A DNA stretch of 64,000 nucleotides. Source: Octopus vulgaris (Eukaryota). The stretch covers positions 115,320,001 to 115,384,000 of the forward strand of contig OX597817.1 in NCBI GenBank assembly GCA_951406725.2. The letters run 5' to 3'. Below are positions 15,495 through 30,048 of the stretch, piece by piece. A program made the position numbers and the translations under genes. Position 1 is the stretch's first letter, and each line of letters opens with the position of its first letter. The notes beneath the pieces are model-generated. The model was not told the DNA's origin and searched no databases. It saw only the letters and a list, made by a program, of their open reading frames with translations.

Positions 15495-16488
15495 TATGTT
15501 TAACTTTTACTTTGCATTTGTAGAAGTTGGCTCCAGGTCTCACCCAGAGACCTACAGGGACAACAAGTTTTGCTATCATTCTTTTGGTATCATTCCTAGG
15601 GCACCTATGACAACAGGTATTGTTTTAGTCTTCATGTTTCACATTTTGCTAATTTCTATTTCAAAATCTTTATATTTGCTTAGTTTTTGGTAGGTGTTGA
15701 CAGATACGTTTATATCGATTGGGACAGTCATATCAATGAGGCGGCATGAATTTTGTTTGAAATCTTTCAATATAATGTCTGACCTGTTTGCATCTATCTG
15801 CCAGTCTGAATAGTGAAGTTCCAGAGGAGTGAGATGTAATCATTTTCAAGCACTGGAGGTGGTTTGTATTCCCACCAGTTTTTATCATGGACCAAGTTCA
15901 GGTTTTTGTAAATTACACAGTGAATATATTGTGCAGCTCTATCATGCCTGTTGAGATACTCTGTTGACGCAAGAAGACTGCACATGGAGACAACATGATC
16001 TATGGTGTCATTTTGTTGTCGACATACACATGTTGGGAAGGTACCGTTCTTTAATATGTTGGCCTGGTAGTTTCTTGTAGGTAAGCATTGATTTTGGGCT
16101 GCTATGGTAAACCCTTCTTTTAAGCCAGAAGCCATTAGCCATTAGCCATTAGCCATTGATAGGTAATGGCTATCTTTGGATATTTGCCATTGAGAGGTTT
16201 TTCTTGACATTTATCAGTAAGAATATCTAAGACAGCAATTTAGCACGTGTTTTCATACGCTTAGTTATTTCGCTGCTTGTTTCTAGTACGTCAAATTCTG
16301 GAATTTGTATTTGGAATTCACTTATATATTACTTTGCCTGTTACTGAGTATGATGCTTTCTTGTTTTCATGTTTTGAGATTAATTATAATATCCAGTCCT
16401 CAGAGTTTTTCAAGTAGGTGTCTAGGCCAATTGTGACAATCTTCATTGTTAATTCCAGTTGTAAAAGTCCACGGCCACCCACGTTTAG

Positions 16489-16545
<57 letters not shown>

Positions 16546-16640
16546 AATCATCATTATTGTTATCATTGTATTAAAACTCACACCTTATATTGCTGGGTAT
16601 GATGGCAAGTGTCAGCTATCCACAGCTAGTAGACTAAGGT
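15495..16640 (-). mobile_element. R4/Dong-like (RLE-endonuclease) non-LTR retrotransposon, 3' part, degenerate
   Basis: EGFTIAAQNQCLPTRNY, zinc knuckle CVCRQQNDTIDHVVSMC, RHDR, WNFTIQT..RSDII..LIDMTVP..KLSKYKD..PVVIGALG. Embedded in (TAA)n. Confidence 0.85.
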
Positions 16641-16649
16641 GACACTTGT

Positions 16650-16965
16650 CTCACTGGTCATGCTTTAAGAACCGTGGAAAGAATCCATGCAGTTCCAAGC
16701 AATGCTAATTTTTTTGTAGGTGTTCTTCTTTCACATTTACACCGATTTTTTTTCAGCTATGTTGGCAGATGAGTGCAGATACTTCCAAGTGCACCACAAC
16801 CTTCGTATTTCCCACTTTAAATTGTCATAGTTGTTTATTTTTCTCTCACATTGATCCTGTTGTCACCGCAGCATGCTAAGTCGATTATCATACATGTGGT
16901 ATGTTTTCTTTTCACCACAACAATGTCAAGTTTCCGATGTTTGGTCAGGTGATCGCACTGGATAA
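16650..16965 (-). mobile_element. R4/Dong-like 3' fragment
   Basis: Minus strand reads CMIIDLACCGD and KKLALLGTAWILSTVL, the typical RLE C-terminus. Confidence 0.6.
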
Positions 16966-16993
16966 TTGCATTATCATCATCATCATCATCATG

Positions 16994-17055
<62 letters not shown>

Positions 17056-17129
17056 CATTATTTTATGTTTGACTTTTGCTTTGCATTTGTAGAAGTTGGC
17101 TCTAATTATTATTATTATTATTATTATTA

Positions 17130-17356
17130 TTCAGTAGTATATTTTTATATCGTGCTTTCACTTCACTACCGAGCGCAGCTCTTTGTGCCTTGGGTATGTG
17201 CTGTGATTTGTTGTGATGCTCTGATGGTTATTGTATGGAAAGTGTTCTGCGTAGAATGTGTGCAGTGCCTAGTAGTGCAATTTTCTGTATGTTATGCGTT
17301 TGTAAGTCCTGGTGTTTTTGTTATGTATTTGTCTGAATATTTTTTTATCATGCCTA

Positions 17357-17357
<1 letters not shown>
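17130..17357 (-). mobile_element. R4/Dong-like 3' terminal fragment
   Basis: GMIKKYSDKYITKTPGLT..LGTAHIL-like terminus plus the 3' UTR shared with 14540-14610. Flanked by (TAA)n. Confidence 0.6.
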
Positions 17358-17421
<64 letters not shown>

Positions 17422-17447
17422 TATTATTATTATGATCATTATTATTG

Positions 17448-17489
<42 letters not shown>

Positions 17490-17829
17490 TTATCATTATT
17501 GCGTGAGAGAATAGTGTGTGCCATCAAAGTAACCCTGAAGTTTAAAATTATAGGAAGACTAATTATACTCTTCATGAACATTCGCCAGATAATGGTACAA
17601 CAGGCACAGACATCACAACCATGTGTGCTTGAGATGTTAATCTCATATCAAGATAAACAGCGCATGCTCGTGTTGGTGTGGTCCAGTTAGAATTTTCTTC
17701 GGGTTTAGTAACCCATCCTGCTCAAAAGATTCCTGAGGAAGGGTTGTGTGAAGATGATGAATGAATCAATCAGCTTTCCAGAGTTGAAAATATGGCTATG
17801 ATGCTTCCCCATCTACAGCTGCTTCCGGG

Positions 17830-18560
17830 TGTAAGTCGATTATATCAACCCCAGTATTCAGCTCGTATATATTTTATCGACCCCTGAAGGATGACAAGTA
17901 GAGCTGATCTCGACGGAATTTGAAAATAGAACGTAACGACGGACGAAATGCCGCTAATTATTTCGCACGGCGTCCTAACGATTCTGCCAGCTCTCAGCTT
18001 TATAAATAGTTTGAAATACTATTTTCAAATTTAGGCACAACGTCAGCAATTTCATTCAGAGCAGCGGGTAAGTTGATTACATCGATCCCACTGTTGAACA
18101 GGTCCTTATTTCATCGACTTCGAAAGGATAAAGGGCAAAGTGGATTTCGGTGGAATTTGAACTCAGAATCTTAAGACAGATGGAATGCCGCTAACCTATT
18201 TCTTTATTACCCACAAGGGGCTAAACACAGTAGGTACAAACAAGGACAGACATAGGTATTAAGTCGATTACATCGACCCCAGTGCGTAACTGGTACTTAA
18301 TTTATCGACCCCGAAAGGATGAAAGGCAAAGTCGACCTCGGCGGAATTTGAACTCACAACGTAACGCAGACGAAATACCGCTAAGCATTTCGCCGGCGTG
18401 CTAACAATTCTGCCAGTTCAAATGCCGCTAACCATTTATTCCGGCCTGCTAACGACTCCACCAGTTCTCTGCCTTATTGCAGCTTGAAGTATTAGTTTCA
18501 AGTTTCGAGACAAGGGCAGCAATTTCAAGGGAGGATAAGTAGAATACATTGACCCCAGCG
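17830..18560 (-). mobile_element. Cluster of tandem/nested tRNA-derived SINEs
   Basis: At least 3-4 copies of GTCGATTACATCGACCCCAG..ATCGACCCCGAAAGGATGAAAGGCAAAGTCGACCTCGGCGGAATTTGAACTC..GCTAACGATTCTGCCAG. Confidence 0.8.
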
Positions 18561-19039
18561 TTCAACTCTTTTACTCTTTTACTTGTTTCAGTCATTCGAC
18601 TGCGGTCATGCTGGAGCACCACCTTTAGTCGAGGAAATCGACCCCAGGACTTATTCTTTGTAAGCCTAGTACTTATTCTATCTGTCAGTTTTGCCGAACC
18701 GCTAAGTTACGGGGACGTAAACACACCAGCATCGGTTGTCAAGCGATGTTGGGTGAGGAAAAACACAGACACACAAACACACACACAAATATATATATAT
18801 ATATATATATATAGGTAAGAAAGTTGGTGTGTGAAAGCACGATGTAAGAAATTTGAAAAGCTGAATGCGAAACCGGTCATTTCTTCAAAAACTATGTCAT
18901 TGTATGAAAAAAATTTATAACATTCTTCAGACATATTGACTCAAATATATATTTTTTAACTTTTTAAAACAAGCCTTCTGTAGTTTTTTCACTTTTTACT
19001 ATTTTCTATATATATATATACATATATATATACATATAT

Positions 19040-19160
19040 ACGACGGGAGTCTTTCAGTTTCCGTCTACCAAATCCACTCACAAGGCTTTGGTTGGCCCGA
19101 GGCTATAGTAGAAAACATTTACCCAAGTGCTACGCAGTGAGATTGAACACGGAACCATGT
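19040..19160 (-). mobile_element. Second SINE family fragment
   Basis: CAGTTTCCGTCTACCAAATCCACTCACAAGGCTTTGG..GGCTATAGTAG. An opposite-orientation copy lies at 47395-47545. Confidence 0.65.
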
Positions 19161-19990
19161 CCTGCGCCTATAAATTAACTGATACCTATTCTATCGAAAG
19201 CATAAAAGCCAAAGTCGACCACGGTAGAATTCGAACTCAGACCGTGAAGACGGACGTAATGGCGCTAAGACGGACGAATTGCCCAACATACCCCCGATCC
19301 TGCTAGCTCGCTGTCTTGTAACAAATTGAAATATTAAGCAGAGTTTTATGCTGTTTCTACCAATTGAATCGACAAGGCAAGACTCACAGTATTTACTAGT
19401 GACTAGAATGTAAATTCTTGTTTGTTTTATTCCCGTTATAGTTTATCCTCACAACAGCTTTAATCTTACGATCGAACAACAACAAAAACATGTTCCAGTT
19501 TAGTGTATCTAGCACCGACACATTCTATGATACTCCTCGTTTTTGATACTGTAGCATATAATTTAAGGTGCATTTAGCTATTATATCAGCAAGTCAAAAG
19601 AAGACTATGATGTTGTGTGCTAAAGGTTGATTCTTCTTTAGTTACTTGACAGTAGCAACAGACTCTTAGAAGTAATTAAGAACATTATCAATCCAAGATA
19701 GAAACATTGAAAATTTGTTCGAAGGATGACGTGAAGAGAGAGAACTGAAATTTCCTATTTTGTAGCTCTTCAGTAAATGTTCAGCGTGCCGTTATGGAAT
19801 TTTATTATAGCACACGCATACGCAACCGCACACGCACAAACAGACACGCACACAGGCGCAAACCTACGAATAAAAGCGTACGAAACATGCGGACGTGCTA
19901 GAAGAGAAGAAACCGGTATAAAAAGGAACTACACTAGTATTCATGGAACTGTTCCTCAATTCTAGATTCCTTTTCAATATATATATATAT

Positions 19991-20049
19991 TTAACAAGAC
20001 TGTCCGACGAACGGGAACGTGAAACTCCGAGTAACAGGTTTTGTTGAAT
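19991..20049 (+). ncRNA. Compact type I hammerhead ribozyme (U4C core variant)
   Basis: Stem I CTGT (20000-03)/ACAG (20034-37), extended by TTAACAAGA/TTTTGTTGA. Core CCGACGA. Stem II ACG-GGAA-CGT. GAAA. Stem III CT-CCG-AG. Cleavage triplet GTA, cutting after 20033. Confidence 0.75.
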
Positions 20050-20170
20050 TTCTGCTGCTTTTAAATAAAGCATATTACTCTACCCCTGGTATTTGAGTAC
20101 TCTTTTTTCCACCTTGTTTCCCATTTATGTGTTTACTCCTGTATATATATATATATCGCTGTGTATGTAC

Positions 20171-20215
<45 letters not shown>

Positions 20216-20817
20216 TATGTATATACAGTGAGAGAGTCAGAAACAGAGAGAGAAAGCAAGAGAGAAAGAGAGCGAGAGAACGAGAGAAAGAAAGATGCAG
20301 AAATAGATAGATACACAGTTTAAATATGTGAATAGATATATACATAAATTAATAGCCAGATAAAAATATACGTATATATGATCATAAGCACATAAATGCC
20401 ATATATAGAGAAATACACATATGTACGCGAATGTATATATATATATATATGTATATGTGTGTGTGTGTGTGCGTGTGTGTGTATGTATGCATATGTGTAT
20501 CTGTGTATGTGTTTTTGTGTGTGAGTGTGTGTATAACATACCAAAATCAAATTAAACTTTCACTTCATAAATATCCGTTAAACAAGATAGTTTTTTAAAG
20601 AAAAATAACCTACGGTATTATAGGAGATATCATAATCAGGTAGTGAAATCTTGCGTTTATATATATAGATAGATAGATATATATACATATATACGAATAT
20701 ACATATATATATATGTATATATGTATGTGTGTGTATATATATATATATATACATGTATGTATATATATATATGTATACATATTTATATATGTATGCATAA
20801 ATATATGTATATATACA

Positions 20818-20872
<55 letters not shown>

Positions 20873-21219
20873 GCATTTTATCTCTTTCTCTCCTTGTAAA
20901 TATGTGTGTGAGTGTGTGTATGTGTGTGTGGTACACACGAAACATTAATATTGATGCTTAAAAAGAAATATACATAAATATAAACATAAGTGAAAGTGAA
21001 ACTGATTAAAATAAAAAAAAAATAGAGATATGTTATAAATAAATTTCTTTACTACTATGAAATAATACGGACACACAAGTACACACCAGCCACAGTCATG
21101 CCTATACACACATATACTCTCACACACAAAGTTCTTATGTCTAAGCGAATGTGTTTATGTGTCAAGGTATGATAATGCGATATCTACTTTACATTCCGAT
21201 TCATCTATCTATCTATCTG

Positions 21220-21305
<86 letters not shown>

Positions 21306-21465
21306 AAGCTCCACAATGTATTTTGTCCCCTCTGTGTTCGGCCCTGTGTAGCTAATAAAGAAACTTAATAAACTTGTCTACTTACCTACCTACCTACCTA
21401 CCTACCTACCTACCTACCTACCTACCTACTTACCTACCTACCTTCCTACCTACCTACCTATCTAC

Positions 21466-21524
<59 letters not shown>

Positions 21525-21714
21525 AATTATTTTATAAAACAATATAGATAATTAGAACAAGGCGTCATCTTAATGCATCACCACGCGCTGCTACAAATAG
21601 ACGTTAAAATCTTTTTTACTACCTTGAATCTATAAATACATAGCTAGATAAACAGATAAGCTGGCAGACAGACTGACAGCTCGACAGAAAACAGATAGAT
21701 AGACAGTTAGATAA

Positions 21715-22182
21715 ATATGGTTCTTTATTAGCCACACAGGGCTGCACACAGACGGGACAAATTACAAGGTAGAGCTTTTCGTTTGGGGATAAAATGGGGG
21801 GGGGGTCCACCAAAAGGGATCATAAAAGGAAAAAGAGAGGAAAGCAAAAGCAAAAATAAAAAATGGTGGGAAAATTTAAAAAAAAAGGAAAAAGAAAAAT
21901 ATCGTTATCACAGAAATGTCAATATAAAGTGTAAAGGGGAAGACAGGTGAGGTTTACCCGTGGAAAGAAAAGCCTACGGAAAAGACCACGGTAACATCGG
22001 TCAATGAAGTCACATGTTACATTTTTTTTTACAAATAAGTAACATTCTGTATTAATTTTTTACCGTTCATAGGATCATGCTCAAGGTGGCTTCGTCATTC
22101 ACACGTGCCATCATTGCTACATTCACCCATCTTTTTTTAAAACATTCACTAGACAAAACTTGCCTCTCTACTCTCACTTTCC
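21715..22182 (-). mobile_element. Tx1/L1-like LINE 3' end
   Basis: Minus strand reads VRVERQVLSSECFKKRWVNVAMMARVNDEATLSMIL*, then a 3' UTR ending GCTAATAAAGAA. A short plus-strand copy of the same 3' end lies at ~21310-21365. Family assignment is tentative. Confidence 0.55.
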
Positions 22183-22946
22183 TAGATAGCACAACAGCCT
22201 GCTAGCTCGTTAGCCATCAATCAGACCCTGTGTAAAAGAGTATATACGTACTAACATATATACATATATATAGATACACTCTAACTTGTGTACACGGACA
22301 CACACACAACACACACACGCACACAGCACCCACACGAACGCACATATATAATTTGGGCAAAAATCTGTTAACGTGCATTTAAGAGTTCTTATGCCGTTAT
22401 TTCTCAACCACATTTTTTTCCTCCAGTAGGTTATATATCAGGGCTGGATATATAACCTATTTGATTAAGATTAATATAAGAATATAGCACGAGTATGGAG
22501 GATATCATGTTATTTTAGTCACAACATTTGCTTTTGCATCGCAAAGCAGCTTTAAATTGCTGAATTTCTATTCATATACCATTGTACATCATTATTCTTT
22601 ATGATTACTATAAAGTTCAAGATTTTTCAGCAACATCCGACGAAAATACAATTAAATACAGTTAGATATTTCTCAATTCATAAAAATCTGGCAGGACTGA
22701 ATTGTGTTCCTTCCGATAAAGCGCACGCATGCGACTCTTGCTGAAAAAATAATCAATTATATAATTATAAAAAATAATCCTGTCTAATGGTGAATGAATA
22801 TAAAACTAGGAATTTAAAACTGGTGTGCGAGGCAGAAAAAAAATGTTGTGATATACTATTAAAATCTAATATCCTCCATCCTTGAATTAGGTTATTCTCA
22901 TACACAAATACACACATACATACATACACACAGTCATGTATATATA

Positions 22947-23000
<54 letters not shown>

Positions 23001-23194
23001 ATTTTATAACTATAATCATAAAACTGTTACATTATGAATTTATAACAAGAGTAATTATGAGGGAATGTCACATGCTAAAAGAAGACACCAAATGGCTCTA
23101 AACTACTTTGCCCTTATAACGTGTGGAATTTATAAGATTTTATACATTGTATTAATTTTTACCTTCATTGCTTTTTACTTTATCCTTAATTTTA

Positions 23195-23261
<67 letters not shown>

Positions 23262-23814
23262 TGTATATGCATGTATATATTTATGTTTCACCCTGTGTCA
23301 ATTCAAAATTCATCTACACACACCCAAAGATACATAATCATCGATCAGTCTATTTTTCAATCTATCTACATGTCTTTCAGTTTTCTCCCTCTCTTTCTTT
23401 CTCTCTCTCATCTTTCTCTCTCTCTCTTTCTCAGCCTCTCAGCCTAAAGATATACATATGCGTGTGTTTGTGTGTTTGTGTGTGTTCACATTCGTATATA
23501 TGTATACTCATGCATGCAGTTATATATGTATATATATATAGTTTGCATATATCGAGGATAACGAAATTTTAAAAATTTCTGTTTGCTTGCATTCCTCGTT
23601 TCAACACGCTGTGTATTTATAGTGAGAAATATTGTATGTGGTTACCATGATCTAAAGTCTATTTTTCAGCATACTGGCATAGAACTTTTCTTCTTTTGCT
23701 CTTAATTATAATACTTTATAATTTTCACATTAAAAAGTATTTTAATATGCTGGCCACTCATATAATTTATTTTTGAAAAATGTTATCCTTATGTTAGTAT
23801 AATATATAAAGGCT

Positions 23815-23906
23815 CGTTTCTATGTTTTTGTTTTTATGTTTTCGTTTCTCATTGTGTTCAACGTTTTTTGATGCCCTGTACCCATATATGCATGTATATA
23901 TACATA

Positions 23907-23937
<31 letters not shown>

Positions 23938-24600
23938 GCATATATTTATATATTATCTATATTGTTATGTGATCGAAAGCCACGCATCCTTTCCCAAGTA
24001 AGTTTTATCTTTAATAATTACGATGTACACTCTTCTATCTTTCTCTATCTATCTCTTCTCTGGCTATCTCTCTCCACCTTTTGTTCTTCATCCTTTCTGG
24101 TTTTCTCTCCCACCCTTCCCTATTATCCTCCCCCTTTCACCCTTCCCTCTCTCTCACTCCTTCTCCTCGACTCTCTCGTCGCTGACAGGTGACGAGATGG
24201 AATCTACCGTTTTTACTTTTTTATTGTTTATAGTGTTTTGTTCTCACTTTCCTGTTCTTGTTACCACTTTCCCCCTCAGCAAAAAATCCCAATTTGTTTT
24301 TATTTGCTTTGCGGGAAGGACTGTTTCAACGAAGCCGCGTCTTGTTCTTGCATTCGGAACGTCGAGTAGTTGAAACAGGGACAACTGAAGAAGGGGACTA
24401 TTCTTTATGTTGTCTGTCTCCCTTCTCTGTTTGTTTTCTTTCGTTACTCGAAAAAAAGTTCGTTTCTATGTTTTTGTTTTCGTTTCTCATTGTGTTCAAC
24501 GTATTTTTTTATGTCCTATACCCATATATGCATGTATATATACATATATATATAGGTATGTACTTATATGTATGTATATATGCATATATTTATATATTAC
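23815..24600 (+). repeat. ~645-bp-period partial tandem repeat (pLTR-like) in TA-rich microsatellite
   Basis: CGTTTCTATGTTTTTGTTT..CGTTTCTCATTGTGTTCAACG..ACCCATATATGCATGTATATATAC occurs at ~23815 and ~24461. Confidence 0.6.
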
Positions 24601-24616
24601 ATTATATTATATTATA

Positions 24617-24657
<41 letters not shown>

Positions 24658-24989
24658 TATATCTACATATATATACACGCGTGCATAATCTCGAGATGAC
24701 GATAAGTGTAGTAAGTTTGCGTATATATAAACAAGTTTCTTCAGCTTATATAAACGCATAAGAATGTGCATGGATATATTCATATATGTGTGTGTGTTTG
24801 GTTATCTTCAAGCGCGATTTTCAAGTAGGCCAGAAAAAGTGAATTTAATTCAATAGGAACATATATCTTCATGATGGCACCATTGAATTCAAGAATATTA
24901 TCTAACGCTTTTCTGATTATAGAAAAATGTAAAAACCATAATCACGCAAAAAATTAAAAAAATAGATGCATAAAATACAAATGCAACAG

Positions 24990-24993
24990 ATGC

Positions 24994-25069
<76 letters not shown>

Positions 25070-25415
25070 ATAATATATATTATATAGATATATATATACA
25101 TGCATAAGTGTGTATATATACACACACACACACATATATATATGTATATATATTTATATATATACTGACTTGTATATGCATATATATAACAGTATATATA
25201 AATATATACATGTGCGTAGGTGTATGTATATATATACATATATATATAAATAAATGTATGTATATGATCACATACATGTACATATATGTATATATATATC
25301 CATACATCTATACATACATATATACATACATCTATACATAGATACATACATGTGTATACATATATACGTATATACATATATATATGTATATATATGTATA
25401 TATATTCTTATATGT

Positions 25416-25500
<85 letters not shown>
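24990..25500. repeat. Representative (TA)n/(CA)n microsatellite field (similar tracts occur throughout the window)
   Basis: Long TA/TG runs here. (TATC)n, (TTA)n, (CTA)n and (GA)n tracts are also abundant, e.g. 3230-3480, 10500-10590, 13490-13730, 15311-15437 and 31435-31610. Confidence 0.95.
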
Positions 25501-25865
25501 TAAATATGAATTGAGAGGCTACAGAATAAGTTGTCTGAGAATTTGAAATATAAGTGGTCTTTACATCCATTTACTGCATGCAAAATTACAGTTTTCTGAG
25601 GCATTAAGTTACATGGAAAAGTATAGCTTTAGAAGTCAAATATCTCTGCAATAAATTATAGTGCTATTACGTGATATTCTATTTACTTATCGAAAGTATC
25701 AATCCTACAGCATTGATATTTGCTAAAATGAAAATCTAAAAGTCGGAAGCACATGTTTCACAAACATTTTCAGATTTACTCTATATGTTGCAGAGACATT
25801 TATTCTCTGAACAAAACAATATATTTTAGAATATCTCACATGCCTACTTTATAGCCCTATGTCTG

Positions 25866-25950
<85 letters not shown>

Positions 25951-25959
25951 TTATCTATA

Positions 25960-26005
<46 letters not shown>

Positions 26006-26077
26006 ACGAATATCTCTAGAAAATTAGATAAATAACTGTACAGTATATGTTTAAACAATCAGCATAAAAGTACTTAG

Positions 26078-26163
<86 letters not shown>

Positions 26164-27134
26164 GTATATATATATATGTGGGTGTGTGGGTGTGAGCGTG
26201 TGTATTTATATACATGTGCTGTAGCTGGTTAAGTATACATTTATGGACAAGAAGGTTAGCGAAAATAATCATAAAGTTGGTGTATGGAGACACCGTTGTT
26301 GAATTATAGAATAGGTTCAGCTATCTATTTGCATTCGCCTTCAAGACTGCATCTGTGAAAACAAAACCGGACATAAAAATATACAGATTTTACTAGTTAT
26401 ACATACACATGCTTTAGCGTACACACATCCACACACAAATATATAAATGTGTTTTTATGTGCGTGTGTGGGTGTGGGTGTGGGCGGCATGTACGATACAC
26501 GTATAAATGGTGAGTGCTTCACTATAAGTTATCTTACAATCTAGAGTAGCACTTTCTTGGGGCATCTGCCGGCCATACATCTTAATATATATCGATAGTC
26601 ATGGGAAAATCGTTTTTGAAGAACTGTAGCATTTACTCATGCTGATCTCATTATCACACCACTGTCATTTATCGAAAGGAAAGACCAGAGACTTGGGTCG
26701 TGTACACCATGATACCTTTGCCATGGCAGGTATTAATTTCTGAATGCAAAGAGACGGAGCACCCCTTGCACATTTCCGCACATTTCCGCACATTTCCGCA
26801 GAGATTGAGAGTAAAAACTGTAAAGCCTTCTATTCAAACTATAAGTACATTGTAATAAATAAAAAAAGAAAATAACAATACTTATGTGACTTCTGTGCCT
26901 ATTTTTCAAATTCGAATTTCTCATCCGCATATTATGAATGTGTGATTAGCTCCCTTCTATTAACTGCCATCACTCGGGAATCCATGTATATTCCATTAAA
27001 TACACTAACGAATCTGCCAACCACATATCAGTTAGTTCCTTTCATCTGAAGTAGTTAAGGAATCCTTCAGACTAAGTAATGAAGTAATCCTTAGAAATTT
27101 TCCATTATGCATTTTAGGTAAATTTTCAAAGGAT

Positions 27135-27219
<85 letters not shown>

Positions 27220-27476
27220 GCATATATATGTGTGTGCATGTGTGGGTGTTTATCTATTTACCTACCTATCTACCTATCTATCCATATACGTATTAATACA
27301 CACACACAAATATATATATTCACATTTATATTTTTTTAGCTTTATACGTGTGTGTGTGTATGTATTTATATATATATATATAATATGTATATATGTATAT
27401 ATATATATATATAGAGAGAGAGAGATAGAGCGAGATAGACAGATAGATAGATACGCACACAGATATATGTCTCCCA

Positions 27477-27567
<91 letters not shown>

Positions 27568-29334
27568 ACTAACTATCTATCTAACTAACTATCTGACTGA
27601 CTGTCTGTCTGTCTAGCTGTCTGTCTATCAGTCTGTCAATTTATGTATATAATTATGTATGTCGGAATATGTATTAGTGTATTTGTTTATGTGTGTATAT
27701 ATGTGTTTGCGTGTGTTTGCATGCGCGTGAGTGTGTCTCAGAAGACATCAATTAATGTGATATGTGAAGTCACCAGGTGAAGCACAGCAAATGCATATGG
27801 GCGATGAAACTTGTAGCATTAAAATAGATGCATTGTGAGAAATGAAGCGCAGAATATAACTCCAGTCATCTCAAATCAAATAGTTCTCTCCTGATGAGAT
27901 ACATATCCTTGTACATGGGATCGATAAAAGTGGAATATGAAGTACCATAATATATTTACAAGCATTTAACTATCTTATGGTATTGAACATAATATATGCA
28001 TATTGTGTAACTGTATTATTCTACCAGGCATTTCTTGATTATTGATCTCATAGAGGTTCAATCATATCTAATCACCATGGCACCTTTTCTATTCTAGCTC
28101 ACTTCAATCGTCACCGTCACTGTATTTATTAAAATACTGTTAAAAAACATACTACACTTAACCTCTATTTCAGGTGCCGAAAATTAAGCGGAATCGTAAT
28201 ATCTTTTATTCATCCTGTTCGATTTCGCACGTCTACGCGTGCGCTCACACACTTATATACACACACATATATTCACAGGCTTGTGCAGATGCACAAATAT
28301 ATAATATATGCTTATTCTGCAGGTCTAGGTGATGCTGCATGCATATATGCATACATATACCTAATTAATAAATGTGGTACTCACATATCGTAAAGAAGTA
28401 TTCGTCTGAAGTGAATCAGCGTGATAGAAAAGTATCAATTTTCACTATTATATCATTCATTGTACAGGGCATACAATTACAAGGGAGTGGCAGCGATAAG
28501 TACACTACTTACACGCACACACACATACACACATAACACACATACACACACATAAATGGATATATCTATGTACATATAACAAATACATAGAGTTAACAGA
28601 TAAGTTCGTGAGAATTTCTATGTAGAAAGCACTTACAGAGCTGAAAATATTTCAGCTTACACCCCGAAGTATTCATTCACAAGTATACATACACACATGG
28701 TGGCTGCCCCCTCATTATCGAGTATGACCATTGCACGTAGCTTAATCAATGTTGTTATTGTGCACTGCCTGTGCAAGAAGATTTTTTAAAGTGAGGAAAG
28801 GCTGTGCACTGAGTCAATCCCACTCACTAAGCAACAGCAGCCATAATCCGAAAAGAAGAACAAGTCAATATCATCGGTAACTACTGAGTCGCAGGTTTTA
28901 TTTCGGAGTTATCCCAGCTACCTGAGTTACCTTATCCTAGAAAGATGCCCTAACAAAGGCTAGGAGTCCTTCACTCCCAATGGTTTAACCGCGCGATTGG
29001 GTATTCAGTCCGATTATTTCTATGTCCTCGCGCATGATACAGCCTTAAGACATTTATTGGATGGCCGTTGACTCTCACGAGTTCCTCCGCCCTTTGACGG
29101 GTTTTGTTTTTCATCTCGCATAGTGTCCAATAAACACCCTCATCACTAAGCAAGCTTGGTGGGGTTGCCGGTTTAGTCGCCGACGACCCGACCATGCAAC
29201 AGGTTGTACTGGGTTACATGTTACCAGTAGCACTCGAAAGTGACCTGACATACATACATACATACATACATACATACATACATACATAAATACACAAACA
29301 CACACACACACATATATAATATATATATATACGC

Positions 29335-29600
29335 TCCGAATTGAAAGTGAAAATGGCAAGACTGTATAGAATGCAAGGAGATGTTAAAGTGATACCAGTG
29401 GTGATCGGACCGTTGGGCCCAATCCCATTGAAACTTCAAGACATCTTAAGGCAACTGGAAATCCCATGCAAGATTGATGTCTTCCAAAAAGCAGCCTTCT
29501 TCGGCACAGCGCACATTTTAAAGAAAGGTCCTTGTTGTGACTTGACAGATGACCAAAGACTGCGGTGCATTTTTACCTACACTGTGTTATGAAGGAATAA
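29335..29600 (+). mobile_element. R4/Dong-like 3' end
   Basis: LKVKMARLY..VIPVVIGPLGPIP..FQKAAFFGTAHILKK, followed by (TAA)n/(TAG)n. Confidence 0.75.
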
Positions 29601-29629
29601 TAATAATAATAATAGAGGTAGTAGTAGTG

Positions 29630-29677
<48 letters not shown>

Positions 29678-29698
29678 ATAATAATAATAATAATAATG

Positions 29699-29752
<54 letters not shown>

Positions 29753-29905
29753 TGCCATGATGCAGTACCACGATGTGGCCGTCGCGGCTTCTCATCTTAA
29801 CTGATTGGAAGTGTTATCACGTACATTGTTTTGTCTTGGTATAAAAGATGGGCTACAACAAATATTCTGCTCAATACCACAGAGTTGCTTGTCAGTTGTT
29901 TGACC

Positions 29906-29975
<70 letters not shown>

Positions 29976-29976
29976 C

Positions 29977-30048
<72 letters not shown>

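Noticed and set aside
27885-27940. CTGATGAGAT..ATCGATA hammerhead-like core
   Set aside because: It has GATA instead of GAAA and no stem I/III pairing.
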